From the NCBI GenBank assembly GCA_963778115.1, contig CAVZSV010000004.1, positions 64,001-128,000 on the forward strand: 64,000 bases of DNA, written 5' to 3'. Origin of the DNA: an uncultured delta proteobacterium. GTDB lineage: Bacteria > Bdellovibrionota > FAC87 > UBA2466. Within the stretch, counting starts at the first letter, position 1. Each line of letters starts with the position of its first letter. The position numbers and the translations under genes were made by a program. The notes beneath the pieces were generated by a model. The model made no database searches. It was not told the DNA's origin and saw only the letters and a list, made by a program, of their open reading frames with translations. This document shows, piece by piece, positions 48,714 through 57,954 of this stretch.

Positions 48714-49691
48714 ATGAATTTTTTTCAAATTGTTCCTACACACACGAATATCGACTTCATCGGAAAGTTTAAGTACTTTATCGCGTTTTCGATCATCTCG
48801 GGAATCTTGACGATAGGGGGAATTTTCTTTCACGGCTTTAATTACGGAATCGATTTCACCGGTGGTAGCGTTCTTCAGGTTAAATTCACCCAGCCGAAAC
48901 ATCCTGACGAAGTTCGACGGATAGTCTCCGAATTGGGAGACCCCGAAGCGTCGGTAGTGGCATTGGGACAAGATCAAAGCGAATACCTTATCACTTCACG
49001 TCCGACGGAAAAGGCCAAAACGGAAGCTACCTCTCCGGGAGCCGCAAAGAATAAAGGAGCCCCTACCCTAAATTCCCTATTGGTCCAAAAGATGGGAAAA
49101 GATCAGGTTACTATCTTAAAGGCGGATGATGTCGGTCCCAAAGTCGGCGCCGAACTAAAAAGTTCCGCCCTGAGATCTCTTATCTATTCCGTTTTGTTGA
49201 TTACGATCTACATCTGGTTGCGTTTCGATTTCCGATTCGCTCCGGGTGCCACGATAGCGATGGTGCATGATCTTATTCTCTCTTCGGGTTTCTACCTCAT
49301 CACGGGTAAGGAATTTACGATTACCTCCATTGCCGCTTTGCTAACCATTGCAGGATATAGCGTTAACGACACCATCGTCGTCTACGATCGCGTGCGAGAG
49401 CTTTATAAAAAAGGGGGGCCCGGTCTTAGTCTGCCCGCTACTATTAACAAAGCCGTGAATCAGACGCTCTCCCGAACGCTGCTCACTTCGTTTGTGACTT
49501 TGATTTCCATCGTTCCCATCATCTTCCTATGTACCGGCGAAATTCAGAGCTTCGCGATGGCGATGTGCTTGGGTATTTTTGTAGGAACCTATTCGACGGT
49601 TTATATCGCTTCTCCGTTTACGATCTACGTAGAGAAGTTTTTGGAACACCGTAAGAAGAAGGCAGGCAATCGTAAGGTTGCCGTAGCGTAA
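48714..49691 (+). CDS. secF: Protein translocase subunit SecF
   Basis: GIDFTGG, VGPKVG.EL, GYSVNDTIVVYDRVRE, GTYS. Confidence 0.97.
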   Translation: MNFFQIVPTHTNIDFIGKFKYFIAFSIISGILTIGGIFFHGFNYGIDFTGGSVLQVKFTQPKHPDEVRRIVSELGDPEASVVALGQDQSEYLITSRPTEKAKTEATSPGAAKNKGAPTLNSLLVQKMGKDQVTILKADDVGPKVGAELKSSALRSLIYSVLLITIYIWLRFDFRFAPGATIAMVHDLILSSGFYLITGKEFTITSIAALLTIAGYSVNDTIVVYDRVRELYKKGGPGLSLPATINKAVNQTLSRTLLTSFVTLISIVPIIFLCTGEIQSFAMAMCLGIFVGTYSTVYIASPFTIYVEKFLEHRKKKAGNRKVAVA

Positions 49692-49703
49692 GCGAGGTCT
49701 TCC

Positions 49704-50996
49704 GTGGCAGTCGCTCAGATTTCCCAACTCCAAAAACACATCGGCGAAAGTGTTACGCTTAGGGGATGGGTGTACAACAAACGCAGTTCTGGGAAAATTC
49801 GATTTCTTATCATGAGAGACGGTACGGGAGTCGTTCAGATCGTATTCGTCCGCGGGGTGGTCTCCGATGAAACCTTCGACCTTTTCGACAAACTGACCCA
49901 AGAGTCCTCCGTCATCGTGCAAGGAAAAGTCCGTGAGGATAAGCGATCAAAAAGTGGAGTCGAACTGGATGCCGAGACTTTGCAAGTGCTTCAGATTGCC
50001 CAAGACTATCCCATCGGTCCCAAGGAGCATGGACCTGATTTTCTGCTGTCGAACAGGCATTTATGGATTCGAAGCCTTAGACAAAATGCCATCCTTCGCA
50101 TTCGAAGCCGATTCGTCAAAGCCGTACGAGATTTTTTCGACAACAATGGTTTTACGCTGATAGACACGCCTATTTTCACGCCTGCCGCCTGTGAAGGAAC
50201 CACGACGTTATTTGAGACGGAATATTTCGGCGATAAAGCTTACTTATCGCAGAGCGGACAGCTCTATGGCGAAGCGGCGGCTCTGGCGTTCGGCAAAGTT
50301 TACTGCTTCGGCCCGACATTTAGGGCCGAGAAATCGAAGACTCGCAGACATCTGACGGAATTTTGGATGGTGGAGCCCGAAGTCGCTTTCAATGACTTGG
50401 CCGCCAATATGGAACTCGCCGAAGAGTTCTTGGAGTACACGATCCAAACGGTTCTCAAGGAGTGCCAACCGGAATTTCTCGTTCTCGAACGAGACACGAC
50501 GAAACTGCAAAACGTTAAGGCTCCTTTTCCAAGAATCACTTATACCGAAGCGGTGGAGCGCATCAAGGCGTTGGGGATTGCCTGTGAGTGGGGAAACGAT
50601 TTTGGATCGCCGGAAGAAACGGCCCTTGCCGAGCAGTTTGACAGACCCTTATTCGTCCATCGGTATCCCGCTAAGATCAAGGCTTTCTACATGAAGCCCG
50701 ACCCCCAAAACCCAGAATTGGCGTTAGGAGTCGACTGCCTTGCCCCTGAAGGCTACGGAGAGATCATAGGCGGTGGTCAGCGGGAAGAGGACATAGAAGC
50801 TTTGCGCAAAAGAATTCACGAGCATGGGCTTTCCGAAGAGAGCTTTGCTTGGTATCTGGATCTTCGAAAGTACGGTTCGGTGCCTCACGCTGGATTTGGC
50901 TTAGGAATAGAACGGACGATCTCTTGGATCTGTGGCCTTGAGCACTTACGAGAAGCGGCTGCTTTCCCCCGAATGATCACCCGAATCTATCCCTAA
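49704..50996 (+). CDS. asnS: Asparagine--tRNA ligase
   Basis: OB-fold [48 protein letters not shown]. Confidence 0.95.
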   Translation: MAVAQISQLQKHIGESVTLRGWVYNKRSSGKIRFLIMRDGTGVVQIVFVRGVVSDETFDLFDKLTQESSVIVQGKVREDKRSKSGVELDAETLQVLQIAQDYPIGPKEHGPDFLLSNRHLWIRSLRQNAILRIRSRFVKAVRDFFDNNGFTLIDTPIFTPAACEGTTTLFETEYFGDKAYLSQSGQLYGEAAALAFGKVYCFGPTFRAEKSKTRRHLTEFWMVEPEVAFNDLAANMELAEEFLEYTIQTVLKECQPEFLVLERDTTKLQNVKAPFPRITYTEAVERIKALGIACEWGNDFGSPEETALAEQFDRPLFVHRYPAKIKAFYMKPDPQNPELALGVDCLAPEGYGEIIGGGQREEDIEALRKRIHEHGLSEESFAWYLDLRKYGSVPHAGFGLGIERTISWICGLEHLREAAAFPRMITRIYP

Positions 50997-51017
50997 GAAA
51001 AGGGAGACGCTCACGCT

Positions 51018-51455
51018 ATGAAATTTCCAATTCTCTTGATGGCGCTCTTTACCCTTGCGCTCTTTGCTGAAGTTCCCGCTCTTCCCCCTTCAGGGCAGTC
51101 CCTGGGGAGTACGCCAGGTTTTGGGGGGAAAGAGGATGGAAGAGTCTGGGAGGGAACCTACCCCGAACGTTACAAGAAAGATCCCAAAAAACAGATCACC
51201 GGTCGCTGCATCATAGGTTCCGAAGAGGCGGCAAATCTAGAGATCGATTGCCCAAGGGTGACCTTCTCCTTTCAAAATTTGGACGGAAAGGAACTTAGTA
51301 AGGTAACGGTAGCGCACGGAAGATTTGCGATCTACCCGCCGTCAGGGACTGCGGGCTATTTCAAGATAGTCTCTGATAAGTACAAGATCACCACAAAGAC
51401 CGGGCCTTATCATCTAGGCGATGACGTGATTATTCGGTTGGAGTCAGTGAGATAG
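51018..51455 (+). CDS. Hypothetical exported protein
   Basis: AGGGAG SD; signal peptide; two Cys. Confidence 0.7.
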   Translation: MKFPILLMALFTLALFAEVPALPPSGQSLGSTPGFGGKEDGRVWEGTYPERYKKDPKKQITGRCIIGSEEAANLEIDCPRVTFSFQNLDGKELSKVTVAHGRFAIYPPSGTAGYFKIVSDKYKITTKTGPYHLGDDVIIRLESVR

Positions 51456-51501
51456 TTTGAAGTTTCGGCTTTTTGTCCTTGCGAGGCGAAGGAGAAGTCT
51501 C

Positions 51502-52626
51502 TTAAACCGAACCTTCAGTTCTAAACGCCTTCCAAACGCCCATCGAAACCATCTTGTGAAACTCGTACATCCCGGCTTCGCGCTTTACGCTAAATCTGCC
51601 GGTGTCATAGGTGCGGCTTACTAGGCCTCGTTGAACGCTTTCACAAACCGCTTGATCTTCAAGCTGTACTTGATGCGCGACTTTGACGCTTTCATCGATG
51701 AACGATCGGGCCACATCGCCTTCGGTTTGCGAAAAATAATAATCAAAAATGACGCGGCAACGGTTCGGGGCCAGGGGCAATACCAGATTAGTATCCATCA
51801 CACCGTCGTAACAGTTCACCATGAAGTTGGGCATAAGCCACCAATAATAGGCAGCATCCCCCTTGCGGACACTGCTCACGCTTCCCCTAGCGGAATCGCT
51901 TTTCAAAGGACTAAATTGTAAGCAACTTTTTTCAAAAGTTTCGATCTTGTATTCGGCATAATTGAGCGATCCTGCCAGTGCCGGATGGATCGTATTGACG
52001 TGGTAGCCGCCATCCAAATAATTGTCCACGAAGACTTTCCAATTACATTCCAGATCGTACTCGGTGCGACGACTCCACTGCAATCTTTGCAGAGCCTCTA
52101 AGTCCATCCGTTTGGCGAAGTCGGCGAGAAAACTTTCGAGCTTCTGCGGTTTGTTTCCCAGATGAACGAAAACGAAAGGGCCGCAACTGTCGACGACGTA
52201 AGCGGGAAGTCTATTATCGGCTTTGTTGAAATTTAAAACTTCGCCAAATTCCGGGGTTCCTTTCAAATTGCCCCTTAGATCATAGGTCCATCCGTGGTAG
52301 CGGCACTGGAAGAAACTCGCCTTTCCGCACGCCCGACTTTCGACAGCGGTGGCTTTGTGTCTACAAACATTGGCAAACGCATTAAGCTCACCGTCTTTAT
52401 CACGGGAAACAACGATAGGCTCTGCGCCGATCAAAGCGGTCAAAAAAGAGCCCGGTTCTCGAAGCTGCTCGGTACTTCCTACATAATGCCACGTGTCTTC
52501 AAAAATTCCCTTTCGTTCGAGCATAGCGATTTCATCATCGGTGTACCATTCCTTAGGCAGCGTTTTAGCGTTGGCTAGGGGAAGCTCGGGATCAAAAGCT
52601 TCGAGTAGATTAATTAGCTGCGTCAT
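51502..52626 (-). CDS. Rieske non-heme iron oxygenase alpha subunit (choline monooxygenase-like)
   Basis: CRH...CRYHGW Rieske ligands; NWKVFVDNYLDGGYHV..IH; QLED. Confidence 0.9.
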   Translation of the reverse strand: MTQLINLLEAFDPELPLANAKTLPKEWYTDDEIAMLERKGIFEDTWHYVGSTEQLREPGSFLTALIGAEPIVVSRDKDGELNAFANVCRHKATAVESRACGKASFFQCRYHGWTYDLRGNLKGTPEFGEVLNFNKADNRLPAYVVDSCGPFVFVHLGNKPQKLESFLADFAKRMDLEALQRLQWSRRTEYDLECNWKVFVDNYLDGGYHVNTIHPALAGSLNYAEYKIETFEKSCLQFSPLKSDSARGSVSSVRKGDAAYYWWLMPNFMVNCYDGVMDTNLVLPLAPNRCRVIFDYYFSQTEGDVARSFIDESVKVAHQVQLEDQAVCESVQRGLVSRTYDTGRFSVKREAGMYEFHKMVSMGVWKAFRTEGSV

Positions 52627-52901
52627 CAAGCCCCCTTAACGGCAGTGAGAATAGTTGGAAAAACCGTCCTTCCTTTGTCTAAAAATGGTGAGCAAAAGTC
52701 AAAGTTCTCCCCCAAAATCGCTTCCGGGCCGGCCTTTTCGAAATGCCGCACGTCCCCATCGCTTAGCAGTTAACCGGAGTCTTCACGATCTTTCGTTTGT
52801 CGGTTTTATCCCCAATTCGTGCTGTTAGAATTAGTCTAATTTTCTAATTCTTACTTATTTTTAGCAGTCATTTCTGAATCAAAGCCTGGGGGGGCTACTT
52901 C

Positions 52902-55900
52902 ATGGTCTTTCGATACCTATCACTATTAGCACTCGCTTTTTGTTGGACAATCGCAAACCAAGCCGACGCGTCGACCCACAGAGTGACGCCAACGATCACC
53001 TGGAACACCTCGAATATCGATTTGGGAATCCAAAACGAAGGGGTGGCGATGACCCCGGTGGATCTAAGCAAGTTCGTAAATAATCACGCAAATAGCAGCC
53101 TCACCTTTACCTCCTCGAACTTGCCGAAGTGGATGCAATTAAGTTCAGCCGGAATGATAACCGGAACCCCGCAACGCGCGGATGTCGGCCCGTACTCAGG
53201 GATCGATTTTACGGTTTCCGACGGAACCAATAATGCCACGGTAACCGGATCCGGAACGGTGCTGATTACCATTCATCCTCCGTCCTGGATTTCAGATCCC
53301 GTTACGATCGCCAACGCCACTGAAGATAGCGCCTACTCGATTAATGTGTATCCTTACGTCCTGGATTACGAAAAATCCTCTTTTACCTACACCGAAGTTT
53401 CGGGTTCTCCGTGGATTCAAGTCGATACCAACGGAAACATTTACGGCACCCCAGGGAAAGCCAATATCGGTACGGCAACCGCAACGGTCTCTTTTACCAC
53501 CGTCATCAACGGAACGACTTACACCCAAGCGACGACTTTTAATTTCAACGTAATCCACGTCAACCATCCGCCGCGTTGGGCTTCTAATCCATTACCGCTG
53601 CCCAATGGAGCGTCCACGGTGCCTTACAGCCAGAACGTCTCCAGTTCGGCCAGCGATCCTGACGCCGGGGATACTTTAACGTTCACGGCGACTGCAATGC
53701 CCGCTTGGCTCACGATGAGCGCTCAAGGCGTTCTTTCGGGCACTCCTACGGCGGCAGGAAGCTTTAGCTTTCAAGCCAAAGTTACCGATCAAGGGAACCT
53801 TTCCGATACCACCACCGTCACCCTGACGATTACGCACACCAACAGTCCGCCCAGCTGGACCACTCAAACGGTCGCTCTGGCCGATGCTCACGAAGACTCG
53901 GCCTATAACGGAGACTTAAATCCTTTCATCACCAATCCTGACGGCCTGCCACTTACCTTTACGGAATTGACGGGCCCCACCTGGGCGTCGGTAAGTTCTA
54001 CGGGCATTATTTCGGGAACTCCAAAATCAGCCAATGTCGGTGTGGCAAAGTTTTCTGTAAAAGTGGCCAACAGTGTCGGAAGTGCCGTGGCCTCCGTGAT
54101 GTTGACGGTGGATCACACCAACCACCCCCCGTCGTGGGTACTTAATCCCATCCACCTAACGCAACCTGAAGAGTCGGCGATGTCGGCGGATATCTCCGGA
54201 TATGCGACCGATCCCGACCTTAATCTGGGGGATAAACTGACCTTCTCATTGGCTAGTGGCCCCGCTTGGGGAACCCTATCCGCGGCAGGCGTCTTTTCGG
54301 GAACTCCGCCTGATTCCGCCGAAGGAAACAACACTTTCGCCGTTAAAGTTACTGATACCGGAAATTTGAGTGCGACAGGACAACTCGTCGTGACCGTCAC
54401 TCACATCAACCATCCGCCGGTCTGGACACAGCCTAGTATCACGCTAAGCCCAGACGCCAAGGAAAGGTCAGCTTATGTGGGAAGTGTTGCTTCCTATGCC
54501 ATGGATCCGGATGCCGGAGATACTCTTAGCTTCTCCAAAATACCTAACTCGGGAGCGACTTGGTTAACGGTGGCTTCGAACGGTGCTTTAAGCGGAACTC
54601 CGCAAAGAGCTAACGATGGGGCAAATACTTTCCAAGTCCGTGTGATGGATCCGTCCAATGCCTACGCTGACGTGACGGTAACCCTCACCGTCGATAAAGT
54701 AGCCCTTCCTCCTCGCTGGCGCCAAAATCCCGTAGTCCTTGCTAATGCCAACGAAGACCAAGCTTATAACTTTAATCTTTCAAGCTATGCCGTCGATGAC
54801 GACGGTAACCCCATCACCTTTTCGCTAGTAAGCGGCCCCTCGTGGATGCAAGTGAGCCCTGCGGGTGTTATTTCGGGAACGCCTCACAAAGCGGATATCG
54901 GTGCGGTCGCGGCAGTTTTGCAAGTGACCGATAACTTCAGTAATTCCGTGACGGCGAATGCGACCGGAACTGTCGTACATACGCCACATCCGCCTGTGAT
55001 CGGAACCATCCCCGCCATTTCGATCAAAGAGCGATCTATCTCTAAGTATCCGCTCGAACAGTATGTCACCAACCCGGATGGAGGAACCCTCAACTTTGCT
55101 GCGGTCGATTCCCTGTCGTGGGTAACCTTGGCCTCTACGGGAGATATGACCCTCCAACCTCTCTACGCCAATATCGGGACGACGACCTTTCACTTTAAAG
55201 TGGATAATGGCGAGCTAAGCGCTCAGGGATCGGTTTCTATCACGGTAGCGCGCGATCCGCGTCCGCCGGTGTGGCTACAATCGCCTGTTGTGATGCAGGC
55301 CAATACCAACCAAGCCTTCACGGGAACGTTATCAGGGCTGGCCCAAGACTTAGACGGTATTACTTTGACTTATAAATTGGACGCCGGGGGCCCCGCTTGG
55401 TTGAAACTTGATACTACGTCGGGAAACCTTTCCGGAACGCCCGCAAGTACCAACGTCGGAGCAAACGCCTTTTCAGTCGAGGCCTGCAATGACGTACTGT
55501 GCGCAACCTCCCCGCTCAACATCACAGTACTCCCCGGCACTCAGCTAGACACTTTCACTATCGATAGTACCGTCGCCGGAGCCAATACCGAGATGGTGTG
55601 GACGGTGGACACTTCTAGCGCCGGGACCAAACTCCTGAGCGCTCTTAGATCCAACGTTAAGTATCTGTTCCAGGCTTTGAACACGGCACAAATTCATTAT
55701 TCGCAAATATTTCTCTCGTCTGATGCCAATAAATGGGATGGATTGCCCATCGCCCAAAATAGTGAGCCCATGCTCATGAATTGGAACGATCAAAATGCCG
55801 CGGCAGACTTCACTTCCCGTTTGGACTATGCGGCAAACAGCAATGATGACGACAATAACAGCTGCAGCAATTGCTTTAGCAGCCCGACATGGACGATGTT

Positions 55901-56510
55901 CCGCTTCTTCCAAAGACTACCGTCGATTTCGGAGATCTACCATAATGGCTATGTAATGCCTGGAGTGCCGATGGAATCGATACTTATCACTCAGCAGACG
56001 GATCATTATCCGGCCTTTGCTAAGGGTACAGCACAGTCAAGCATGCAGCCCGGCGATTATGGAAATCAGTTCATCGCCTTTGACGAAGCCCAGAAAAAAA
56101 CACTCCGTATTAGTAGCATTGCTCCACAATGTCCCAGCCTTGTGGAAAGCGAGGGCGCTTCGGCGGGTCCGGCAAGTACTTACCAGACCATCGTGAACAA
56201 AACGTCGGGCCAGTCTTATCCCATGACGGATTGCACCTATAATTTAAAGCCGGTCCTTCAAGACTTAGCGACCAAAATCATCAGCCGAGCCTACATCAAC
56301 GCCAATACCAACTTCTCGCTCTCGGCTACTCCCTTCTCGGTTAACTCGATTCAGGTGTCGCTAGGGGGAAAAGTGCTTCCGGGTAACACCGGCGCGGCGT
56401 CTGATCTATGGAGCTATACGAACAATCAGATTACCATCAATTGGTTCTTGATCGATCAGTCGACGCTGACTCCAGGTGAGAAGTTGACCGTCACGTATCG
56501 GATCTCCTGA
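52902..56510 (+). CDS. Large adhesin-like protein: about nine putative Ig/cadherin-like repeats plus a C-terminal VWA-like domain
   Basis: Signal peptide; ~95-aa repeats with N.PP.W, D.D.GD.LTF, P.W and G.LSGTP; tail motif WTVDTSSAG. Confidence 0.88.
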   Translation: MVFRYLSLLALAFCWTIANQADASTHRVTPTITWNTSNIDLGIQNEGVAMTPVDLSKFVNNHANSSLTFTSSNLPKWMQLSSAGMITGTPQRADVGPYSGIDFTVSDGTNNATVTGSGTVLITIHPPSWISDPVTIANATEDSAYSINVYPYVLDYEKSSFTYTEVSGSPWIQVDTNGNIYGTPGKANIGTATATVSFTTVINGTTYTQATTFNFNVIHVNHPPRWASNPLPLPNGASTVPYSQNVSSSASDPDAGDTLTFTATAMPAWLTMSAQGVLSGTPTAAGSFSFQAKVTDQGNLSDTTTVTLTITHTNSPPSWTTQTVALADAHEDSAYNGDLNPFITNPDGLPLTFTELTGPTWASVSSTGIISGTPKSANVGVAKFSVKVANSVGSAVASVMLTVDHTNHPPSWVLNPIHLTQPEESAMSADISGYATDPDLNLGDKLTFSLASGPAWGTLSAAGVFSGTPPDSAEGNNTFAVKVTDTGNLSATGQLVVTVTHINHPPVWTQPSITLSPDAKERSAYVGSVASYAMDPDAGDTLSFSKIPNSGATWLTVASNGALSGTPQRANDGANTFQVRVMDPSNAYADVTVTLTVDKVALPPRWRQNPVVLANANEDQAYNFNLSSYAVDDDGNPITFSLVSGPSWMQVSPAGVISGTPHKADIGAVAAVLQVTDNFSNSVTANATGTVVHTPHPPVIGTIPAISIKERSISKYPLEQYVTNPDGGTLNFAAVDSLSWVTLASTGDMTLQPLYANIGTTTFHFKVDNGELSAQGSVSITVARDPRPPVWLQSPVVMQANTNQAFTGTLSGLAQDLDGITLTYKLDAGGPAWLKLDTTSGNLSGTPASTNVGANAFSVEACNDVLCATSPLNITVLPGTQLDTFTIDSTVAGANTEMVWTVDTSSAGTKLLSALRSNVKYLFQALNTAQIHYSQIFLSSDANKWDGLPIAQNSEPMLMNWNDQNAAADFTSRLDYAANSNDDDNNSCSNCFSSPTWTMFRFFQRLPSISEIYHNGYVMPGVPMESILITQQTDHYPAFAKGTAQSSMQPGDYGNQFIAFDEAQKKTLRISSIAPQCPSLVESEGASAGPASTYQTIVNKTSGQSYPMTDCTYNLKPVLQDLATKIISRAYINANTNFSLSATPFSVNSIQVSLGGKVLPGNTGAASDLWSYTNNQITINWFLIDQSTLTPGEKLTVTYRIS

Positions 56511-56551
56511 TTACCTAGGCACATAAACTATTGAATCCAAAGGGGGGCATC

Positions 56552-57877
56552 CGATTAGCCTCAGCTAGATATGTTACCCGGAGGTAGCGAAGCCACCGAC
56601 CTCAGTTTATGTGTCTGCTCGAATTTTTTCTGCGTGTCCCAGATGCGTTTCAGTTTTCGTTCAATGCCGTCTTTAAGTTCAAAAGGGTTCAGAGATTCAA
56701 ACTTCTTGGTCAGGTCTTTTTTTACCTGATCGGGTATTTGCGAGCATTCCATTAATCTTTGATAGGGGGTCATTGGTTTTGAGTGTTTTCGTTTGTACTT
56801 TGCGCCCACTCGAATTTTCTCAATGAGCTTCACCTGTGGAATAAAAAAGTTTTGTAGCAGTCCCCATTCATTTTTGTATAGGTCATTCACCAAGTCCTTG
56901 ACCGATGGGCAGTCAATCCTGTCATAGCCCAGGAGTTTTCGGACATGAGTGTAATTTTTCTGCTCCACGTAGCACTGGTCATTCTTCTTGTAGGGACGGC
57001 CACGGGTTAAGAAGATCTCTCTGGGGCGATTTTTACTCGGCGCTAGATGACTAATGAGTAGGTCATTGTGGAACTCTCCGCCATTGTCACTGGAAAGTCC
57101 TTTTAGTGGAAACGGGAGGCTTTTCTCGATATCCTCGACAGCTTCGACCACTTCTTTGGCTAGTTTGTTCCACACGGCGCGATTCTCAGTCCAGCCCAGA
57201 AGACGGTCTACCCCGGTTAAGGACCAAACAAACTCTCCCGATAAACTTCCTCCGCAATGAGCTACCGTATCTGCCTCCATATAGCCTGGCACTGCGACAT
57301 TTCTGTCGAACGGTTTAATCGGAATTCGATTTCTTAAATTCCCAGGCTTTGTTCCAGTTCTTAACTTCCGCCCCATCTCCGCTCTGTAGGGCCGAAGAAA
57401 CCGCTCTATCGTAGCATGACTCATTGAGCAGAGCTCTTTTTCAATCAAAGGGCCGTATTCGGGGGCTTCATAGTGTTTTAACCAATCCGGAAGCATTGCC
57501 ACCATGCGCCTCCCGTTTACTTGCTCCATTGCAAGCCACAGCTTTTTTAAGTGGTACCTTGCCCCATCGCTGTAAAGACGTCGACGACCCCGCTTCGCTT
57601 TCAATTGAGGGCGCTGATTCAAAGTTCGAATGGCGTGTTTTCTGTGAAACCCCGCGTCCCGACAGAGTTGGTCAATCAACATAATCTTCACTTTTCGACT
57701 CTTGGTGTCTCGGTAACGTTGGCGCAAAAAATCCAAGTACAAACGCTTTAGCGTTATGCTCATGGCTTTGCCTCATTGTTTTATGGAGTTGTCCAGACGA
57801 ATGCCTGGTTACTCCATTATGAGGCCACCGCGCTTCTCTTCCTAATCCCCCGGTAACATTATTTACGAGGCCATTCG
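56552..57877 (-). mobile_element. Insertion sequence (~1326 bp), DDE type, ISNCY-like (family tentative)
   Basis: Imperfect terminal IRs CGATTAGCCTC..ATGTTACC and GGTAACAT..GAGGCCATTCG; flanking direct repeat CATC (56548-56551, 57878-57881). Confidence 0.8.
56561..57763 (-). CDS. DDE transposase (rve/integrase core)
   Basis: N-terminal HTH; EADTVAHCG, DNGGEF, RPYKKND..YVEQKN; stop codon lies within the IR. Confidence 0.92.
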   Translation of the reverse strand: MSITLKRLYLDFLRQRYRDTKSRKVKIMLIDQLCRDAGFHRKHAIRTLNQRPQLKAKRGRRRLYSDGARYHLKKLWLAMEQVNGRRMVAMLPDWLKHYEAPEYGPLIEKELCSMSHATIERFLRPYRAEMGRKLRTGTKPGNLRNRIPIKPFDRNVAVPGYMEADTVAHCGGSLSGEFVWSLTGVDRLLGWTENRAVWNKLAKEVVEAVEDIEKSLPFPLKGLSSDNGGEFHNDLLISHLAPSKNRPREIFLTRGRPYKKNDQCYVEQKNYTHVRKLLGYDRIDCPSVKDLVNDLYKNEWGLLQNFFIPQVKLIEKIRVGAKYKRKHSKPMTPYQRLMECSQIPDQVKKDLTKKFESLNPFELKDGIERKLKRIWDTQKKFEQTHKLRSVASLPPGNISS

Positions 57878-57954
57878 CATCCGCCCCCCGCTAACAATTC
57901 CAACACAATCTTCCCCTATACTACGGAGAGCCTTTCCCAGTAGGCCGTGCACGT

